From Planctomycetota bacterium (GTDB taxonomy: Bacteria; Planctomycetota; Planctomycetia; Pirellulales; Pirellulaceae): a stretch of 64,000 nt of DNA. Position 1 is the first letter of the stretch. Every line of letters begins with the position of its first letter. Shown piece after piece: positions 46,501-55,500 of the stretch. A model generated the notes under the pieces. It had not been told where the DNA came from and did not search any database. It worked only from the letters and a program-made list of their open reading frames with translations. Location of the stretch: the NCBI GenBank assembly GCA_963204965.1, contig CAUJKA010000218.1:17464-81463 (forward strand). The letters are read 5' to 3'. A program made the position numbers and the translations under genes.

Positions 46501-49500
46501 GTTGTTGCTATACGAAGAAATGCCGTTCTGTGCGTTTTGGATCGCGTCAGTACCATCCTTGTTGGTACCGATAAAGTTGCCCGCGATCGTGTTAGAGTCT
46601 CCGCCAATATCGATTCCACTTCGCAGGTTGCCGGAGATCACATTGCCAGAGCCAACATCAGACCCTCCGATTCTTGTTTCAAAAGAGTACCCATTGATGC
46701 CGTCAAGTGTGTTTCCAATGGGCTCTGTTCCCAAGGCATTGGTCCCGATCAAGTTGCCCTGGATTACCGTATTCGAGACACTATCTAAGAACACTCCATA
46801 ACCATTGTTTCCGCTGATCAAATTGCCGGCTCCGGTCGCAGCGCCGCCAATCAAGTTCCCGGGGGAGTTACTGCCAATCCTGATTCCACTTCCACTATTG
46901 CCTAAATCGACCGTTCCGTCTGCACTAGTTCCGATGTAGTTTCCGATCACTGTATTGCTGGTCTTACTTCCACCACCAATCGACACAATCTTTGCGATCT
47001 CAGTGGCGCTCAATGCACGACCATAAAGTGCAAAGTCATCAATACGACCAGCAAAGTGATGCGAAGGGGTTTCGAACTCAATGTCCGCAGCGAGTAACAC
47101 TGGATGTGAATCGTAGGCAATACTCATGCCAGTTGTAATGGATGCAGCCTCGATCCCATCGATATAGAGCTTGAGTTCGTCGACAGCATCATCAAAGCTC
47201 ATCGCTAGATGGTAACGCTGTCCGACGATAGGAGTAAATGCCTTCACCGCTTGCGAAACATTGGTGCCATCGCTGATCTCAGCAAGGAGGTTCGAGCCAT
47301 CGAACCTAAGTCCAAATGAATCCAAGAAGCCACTTCCAATCGTCTTGGAGAACAACACTCGAGCACCGTCACCAGCGGTAACAGAGTCAAAGTTGAACCA
47401 TCCATCAGCGGTCATACTTGTTGGACGGAGAATTGGTGCATCGGGAATGCTGAAATAGTCGTCTACTCCATCAAAATTAAACACCGTTCGACTTTGCCCC
47501 TTCCCTTGAGTTAGGATTGCCGCTCCATTGTTTAGTGTGCCTGTCAAACCGTTCACCGTGGAAGTTGTTGTATTTGAATTCCACAGACCGATCGTACCTT
47601 CGACAATGTTGACACTGTTGATGTAAATGCCTTCCAGAGCATTGCCGCTGATAATGTTGCTAGCCTGTCGAGTTGTACCACCAATCGTGGTGTTATGAAC
47701 GTTTCCTCCAAACGCGATTCCGTAACGACCGTTGCCAATAGCCGCATCGCCAGAAGCGTTGAGGCCAATGATGTTTCCGGCAATCACATTGAACTGGTGT
47801 GAGTCATTGATAAACACGCCTTCCTTGCCGTTTCCAGAGATGACGTTCCCCGCTCCCGACACCACGCCACCGATAGTGTTGCTTGGTCCGTTTACAAATA
47901 TGGCAATTTCGCTATTGGGCCGAGCAAACATCCCTGTACGATCCGTGCCAATGTAGTTGCCGCTGATAGTGTTCTGATAAGCACCAAAGTTCAGGAAGAC
48001 AGCGGAGTTGGAATTACCGCTTATGACATTACGAGCCGCCGCAGTAGTTCCGCCAATGGTGTTGCTGTAGCTGCCGTTCATCTGAACACCATTTACGTTG
48101 GCAACAATCGTAGTGCCGTCGACCCCTAAACCGATAGTATTACCGGCGACGGTGTTGTTCGTGACTCCATTGCCTTCAAGAGAGACTCCGACTCCATTAC
48201 CACCGATAACATTGCCAGCACCTGCGACTAAGCCGCCGATCACGTTCCCGAAAGCGACTGGCGCACCAAAGCCTTTGATCTCGACTCCCACAGCATTTCC
48301 GAGAGACTGAAGACCTGTGGAATCGGTTCCGATGAAATTACCCTGTACGAAGTTACCCGACACAGAGTCGATCATGATCCCACGATCGTTGCCGCTAATT
48401 ATGTTCCGGGTACCAATCGTTGTTCCGCCGATGGTATTGTTTGTAGCGCCATTCGAAAGAAGCAAACCATGTCTATTCGGAATCGCGGCAGAGCCGGATT
48501 CATTGACTCCGATGTAGTTACCTGACACAGTAATACCCGTTGCAAAGGATCCCGTGATTACAATTCCCTCGGTATCATTGCCACCAATGACATTGCGTGA
48601 AGCCGCGGTGATTCCTCCGATCGTAGTGTTGGGTTCTTCTACATAAATGCCGGGACCAGAGTTCCCGAGATCTAGAGTTCCCGAGATATCGGTACCGATG
48701 AAGTTTCCAGCGACCATATTGTTCGGAGAAGCGGGATAAGTTACTCCCAGGTAGGTTCTTACAATCGAGACTCCAGGGCCAGTGTTACCAGAGATTAAGT
48801 TCCCTGCTCCCGCTACCGTGCCACCGATAGTATTGAAAGTTGCGTTTGCACCCATCAGCAGGCCGCCGCGAGTGTTGGGAATGACTGCCGAGCCATCTGC
48901 GTTAGTTCCGATACGGTTACCAGAAATCGAGTTGAGCGACGATGCGTTGGCAACTAGCACTCCCCAGCCACCACTGGCTCCCACAACATTTGCTTCCAGT
49001 GCATCGGCGATGCCATCTGCGTTCGTTCCAACGCGAGTCCGCGACACAAGTTCAAGGGAAACTCCGTCTAGATTGTTACCGATGGCGCCAGTGCCAGTAG
49101 CGTTCAGGCCAATGTAGTTACCAGCGACCACGTTGTCGTTCGAGCCTCCCACGACATAGACGGCCACGCCTGAATGTCCGGAAATCACATTGCGTTCGCT
49201 GGCATTGAAGGCATCGTTGGATCCATCGGTGCCAATTCGGTTGAATGTTGCGTTGGTTGCAATGCGGACGCCACGGCCGCTGTTAGTCAATCCCGACTGA
49301 CCATCCGCGGTGGTACCAATGAAATTGCCCGCAACCACGTTATTCATGGTCCCAGCACCAAGAATATTGATATTCGCAGTCAATCCGCTGGCATTTCCAG
49401 AAATGACGTTCCTTTCACTTGTGTCGTTCAACCCGTCGCCATCCGTGCCGATCCGGTTATTGCTAGAAGCATTCTGAATCAGGATACCGTTAAGCGTATT

Positions 49501-52500
49501 CCCAATCCGTGCTGTGCCCAACGCATTTAGGCCAATATAATTGCCAATGATGATGTTGTTATCGGCGTCGTTGAATTCAATTCCATCGCCGTTGTTTCCA
49601 CTGATGACGTTTCTCGCAGCTTGTGTCAAACCTCCGATGGAGTTGTTCGAAGCTCCGCCAGAAACTAAGATACCATCCCCTGCGTTACCTTGATCCGCCG
49701 CACCCAAAACGTCCAACCCGATGTAGTTTCCGATCACAACATTACCGAGAGCTCCGCTGCCGGTGATGGCTACACCCGAGCCGGTAAATCGATTGATTGC
49801 TAGTCCTTCAAGAACACTGTCTGAGCTGGTGATGGTAAATCCACTCACGCTAGGTCCGGCGCCGTCTCCTCGAATTTCGATGACGGGTCGAGTTGTAAAT
49901 CCTGGCTGCGTTGTTCCGTCGATATGCACCGCTTCCGTGATTGTTGGAAGCGCAGCGGTTGTCGCAATCGACCAAGAAGTTGTTAATGAATCGTAATTTG
50001 GATCGCTAATCGCAATGTTAAAGGCGATTCGATCAAGACCAGGGTGAGCGTTTGTATCCAAGAGTGCCTGCCGTAGCGAGCCGGCTCCAGCATCGTTTGT
50101 CGTGGTCACATAATATGTCGTTGACAAGTTAGTTAGAACGACATCGTTTCCAGAGCCACCAACATAACTTATCGAAAGTTCGTTTCCGCCAAGCGTAATC
50201 GTCGCCCCTTCAGCAAGCCCGCTGAAGGTGCCTACAATCGCATCACTTCCATCGTTGTCAATGATCTTAAAGCTATTGCCCTGCGAGGGCACATAGCCAC
50301 CGAGCAAGATAACATTTAGCGTTCCATTCAAAACAACTGTGCCATTGACAATCAATTGATCGAATTCGGGCGTCGCAGCGTTTGTTCCTTCCAGCTCTAT
50401 ATCAAGAGCGGCGACAGCAGACTGTGTGTAATCTCCGTTGATCGTGATGATACCCGGTGAATTACCTGGGGCGATGGAACCTTGGTTGACGATGTTGCCA
50501 GTGAATAATCCAGTTCCTTTGAGAGTCGCGTTGGTTGCAACGTTCAAAGCTCCTGCACCGTTAAGTAGACTGGTGCTGCCATCGATCTTCACTCCAACGA
50601 GATTACCCTGCACCGTATTATCGGTGGATCCGAAGTCGAAGCGAAGACCGTAATCGACGTTACCGCTGATCACATTACGATCGACTGCGTTCGGACCGCC
50701 AATGATGTTGCCTGAGGTACCCACGCTGATGCCAATGAGATTGGGCCTTGCAAGCGTGCCGCTGGCATCGGTGCCGATGAAGTTTCCTGCGACAATCGTA
50801 CCCGTTGTTGTATCTTCCAGTCGCAAACCGGCGACGGTTGAACTTCCCGAGATCACATTGCCACGAATTGTGTTATTGTTGTCGCGGATGAACACGCCGA
50901 CTTGTGACATGCCAAAAGCAGTTACACCGTCCGCCGCGATACCGACATAGTTGCCTTCGAATGTGTTGCCAGGTTCATAAGTCTCAAATCCGCGAGTTCC
51001 ACCAACAATCACGTTGCGTGCGTCGGCAGCCGGCCCGCCAACAATGTTCCCTGATGCTCCAAAGACCGTCTGAATTCCTCGAACATCGCCAGTATTGCGA
51101 TTAAGTAGCCCCGTTTTGTCTGTACCGAAGTAATTGCCTTGAACCGTGTTGGTACCACCAAACATGATGTCTAGATAGCTGTTGCCGTTGAAGTTGGCTG
51201 CTCCATAACCAGCAAAGACATTTCGCGAACCAGATAAGGTGCCTCCAATCGTTGATCCGGCCGCTTCACTACGAATGCCGCTGGACGACTGAGTTGCCGA
51301 AACCGCAACATCTAGAATCGTCGTACCATCGATCTGCAAGCCAAAGGTATTGCCAAGAACCGTACTCTCGCCGGTCAGGTGCACAATACCTCCGAACAGA
51401 TTGCCTGCTCCAGTTCCAGGAATCGGCGTGAGGCCACCAATGGTGCCGCTGCCTGCGACGTCGATGGCATTATTGCCTATCGTATAGTTTGGCAATGGCG
51501 TCGTTCCCGATGCATTCACACCAAAATAGTTGCCTTGAATAGTAGTGCCGGACCCAGCTCCACCGCTGTCCAAGCCGCGGCCGTTACCACTAATTAGGTT
51601 GCGAGCAGAACCCGTCGCGCCGCCGATTGTATTATTCGGTGCGGAGCCGAAGACTGCGATGCCCGTGCCGTTCCCAATCGCAGTCGATCCGTCTACGTTG
51701 GTGCCGATGTAGTTGCCGGAGATCACGTTGTTGTGAGTCACTGATTCGCGAATCTGTAGGTTATCAATCGCTCCTCCGAATCGATTTGATCCCGGATTAT
51801 TAGTCGAAATCTTTACACGTACATCGCCGGTACCATCACCGGTATAGCTGAAAGTTCGATTGGAAAGTGCGTGAGCCCCCGGCCCTGTAGTCCATGTACC
51901 GGATAGTATTGTCTCGGTTTCCAAAACCGAATTATCTGATCGCAGAATCTCTACCACGATGCCGTCGGTAGCGAGCGTTGCCTGATTGAGATCTGCATAA
52001 ACCGTCGGCCCAATATCTAAAGAGACGCTGTAACTTAGTCCTGCGTCATTGGCTGCAATCGCAGACGCTAGCGAAATTGAATCGGTATGGAAGAAGTTTG
52101 GCGCAAAGTTGCCACCACCCTGATCGATTGCATGGACTGCATTGAATCCAGCTTTGTTCCATCCAGGCAAGTTACCAGCGTACGAGAGTGCCAATCCGGT
52201 TCCTGGCTGCGTCAGATTCTGGTTGCCACCGAAGTAACCATTGAAGTCGTCTGAATAGACTAGAGTCGAACTTCCAATGATCTCGACTCCAGAACCAGAG
52301 TTGCCACTGATCAGATTACGAGCCGCGGTCGTGGTGCCACCAATCGTGTTGCTAAATGCCCCATTCTGAATCGAGACTCCCACTGCGTTTCCGAAATCGA
52401 TTCCTGGGTAGTTTGCCGAAACGCGGTACTCATCGAAGCGGAGGGACGGAGTACTGTTAGTCTGAACTATCACGCCTGAGTTCACAGGAGCCGAGAAGGC

Positions 52501-55500
52501 AAAGTTTGCATCAATCACCCGAGTCGAATTGCTGGGGACGACACCAGGTGTTGGATTGACCCACATCTCCATGCGATCGTTGGCTCCGTCATCAGATGTT
52601 CCAGTGACTGTCAGCTTACCAACGATCCACACATTCTGACCCAGCGGAACGGTTGCTCCCTCGACAGTATCTCCGCTCCAAGCTCCACCGGTAAGAAAAA
52701 TCCCACCACCGTCGCTTAGCTCCATTCGCCCTATATTGTTGATTCCTGTAAATGCAACGAATGGATTGACTGAGAAATAACCGTTGCTAACGTTGTAGAG
52801 GAATGAGAACCAAAACTCACCGCGGTTAACGAGACCGTTGTAGGTTGTAGAGTCGTATTGCCGAGAATTACCGTCGTTAAACAGTGTGGGTAAGTCACCA
52901 GCAGAACCGCCTGACGTTGATAGCCCCGGGTAAGTCAGCCCAGATTGAATGGTAAAGCCATTGTCGCCAGAACTGTAGTCGCCCCAAGCTCCACTAAAGG
53001 ATTGGCCGCCAACTTGACCAAGAAGGTCACCGTTACTGTAGTCAAACGACTCGTAAATCTCCGTGCCATTTGACTTTGTACCGGTTATATCGGTGCCGAT
53101 ATAGTTCCCCAGTACGGAATTGTTCGTCGCGGTTGCATTTCGAATGCGAATGCCATCTCCAGAACTCGCACTTATCAAGTTTCTAGCCAACGAAGCGGTA
53201 CCACCCACAGTGATATTTGATCCTACGATGTCGATGCCTGTGCCATTGGGTAAAGGCTCAGTCCCTGTGATATTCGTACCGATGTAGTTCCCCGCAATCA
53301 CAGTGTTGGGGGCCGCCGCAAAGATACCAGTCGCAGCGCCGGCGATGATGTTGCGTTCGAGTACGTCGCTTGTCCCGTCACTATTGGTCCCGATCTGATT
53401 GCTACCAGCCGACTCGTCACGAATACCTAGACTGCTAGAACCAAGGATCGAATTGCCCAGTACGTTGGTGCCAATCAGATTCCCAGCCACAACAGATCCT
53501 GCAAGGCCCTGTAGGTCCACATTGACTGCCGCCCCTACAATGACATTGCCTTCGGTGGCATCGTTATTGCCGTCTCCGTCAGTTCCGATCAGCGCGCTCG
53601 ACGCGGCTAGAATAATACCTCGGTTAGCTAACGAAGCGGTTGTCGTCATACCGGTAACATCAGTTCCGATATAGTTTCCTTGGATTGTGATGTCGTTACT
53701 ATTCTGTAAAAAGATCCCATCGGAGTTCGCCCCTTGCATGATCACGTTGCGAGCTGCCGCTGAGCTTCCGCCAACTGTAACATCGCTGGTGAAGTAAACC
53801 ATCACGCCAGAGCCGCCACTACTCAGCCCTACAGTTCCAGCGGCATTTGTGCCTACATAATTGCCAATGATCTGCGTGCCAGGCGTGTTGCTGCTAGCGC
53901 TAATTCCAATGCTATTGGAAACCACCACATTTCGCTCGCCAGCGTTCGTGCCTCCAATCCTGGCATTCGACATTTCAAACACATTCACTCCCAGGCCCAA
54001 ATTCATGCGTGCCGCCGCTCCATCGGCCGTTAGCCCAACGTAGTTGCTGGTAACGATGGCACTTGCGCCTGTGTCGAACACAATCCCGGAGGCTCCGTTG
54101 CCCGAGACTACGTTTCTCGCACCGGCTGTTGATCCGCCAATCGTCGTATTTGCCGTAAAGACTCCGTAAAGGCCATTGTTGGTGTTACCAATTGTGGTTG
54201 TTCCATCTGCACCAAGTCCCACGTAGTTACCGACGATCGTATTCCCATCGCCTTGCAGGATCTTTACGCCATTGAGGTTGTTTCCGCTAATGACATTTCG
54301 ATCCGCGGCGGTTACACCACCAATGATGTTGTTTGGTGCGCTAACGATTTCTATGCCGTTAACACCATTGCCAAGATCTACAAGTCCCGTAACGTCAGTC
54401 CCGATATAGCTGCCGCGAATCACATTGCCGGACGCACTAATCCCATCAAGCAACACACCGCTGCCATCAAAGCGGTTGATCACCAGTCCTTCGATCACGC
54501 TTCCACTAGCTGTGATCCTAAGTCCGTTCACTCCAGTACCCGCGCTATCACCACGCAGCTCAACAATTGGATGTATAAAGCTTGACTGTGTTTTTCCATC
54601 GATATGGAGCGATTCAGTGATTGCTGGAAGAGCAGAAGCTAAAGCTATCGTCCACGCTCCTGTGCCCGAGTTGTACCCAGCATCTGCTGTAGGGATGCTG
54701 AAGTAGACTTTATCAGCACCTGTGTAGGTGTTGCCGTCGACAATCGACTGACGCAACGATCCAGCGCCAGTGTCTGCGGTTGAGGTCACAAACCACCGAT
54801 TCAACTCGGATTCGAACGCACCGATATCAGCTTGGCCAACTCGCGATTGCCCTCGCTGATCCGCATTACTTAGCAAAGGATCACCCGCGTTAAAGGCAGG
54901 GCTGTTAGCGCTGATTGGATGAGTCTGAGTTGGCCCACCGTAGTCGCCAAGTGGCCCGAGCAATGCGCTTTGTCCTAGAATGTTGCCAGTGGTGGTTCCT
55001 GTGACAGTCAGGCTGTTGGTGTTCTCGACCAAATTGTAACCACCGGACACGATGGTACCGAACAAGTCTGGACCAAACTGATTCGCCGTGTTGCCCGACA
55101 CGATGGAGTTGGAAATCGTCAAAGTTCCGTCGTTGCGAATTGCACCACCAGCGATGCCAGCGTGATTCTTGGAAAACGTGCTGTTGGAAATAGTCAACGT
55201 TCCATTGCTTCGAATCGAGCCGCCATCGTTGCTGGTCGAGTTGCCCGAAAACGTGCTATTCGAAATCACCAAAACTGAAAAATTAACAATTGCACCCGCG
55301 TCATCAGACGACTGATTTCCAGAAACCGTACTGCGATTGATAGTGGTTGTTCCACTGTTTTGAATCGCCGCACCGCTGCTAGGACTTGCTCCATCCGCTA
55401 GGGTCAGCGTGTCGATGGTGAAACTGACGGCATTGGCAACCGAAAACAGGCGTGTCGAGTTTCCGCCACTGACCTTGATACCCGGCGCGAATGTCGTTCC

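Noticed and set aside
34802-54706. Dozens of plus-strand ORFs of 60-139 aa inside the giant gene, many of them Ser/Pro/Ala-rich (for example 40211..42838, with SSSAPP runs)
   Set aside because: They are antisense shadow frames of the highly repetitive minus-strand CDS. The complement of GGxGCxGAyGAy codons gives S/A/P strings. They have no independent start context, and the 21-kb minus ORF explains the whole region.
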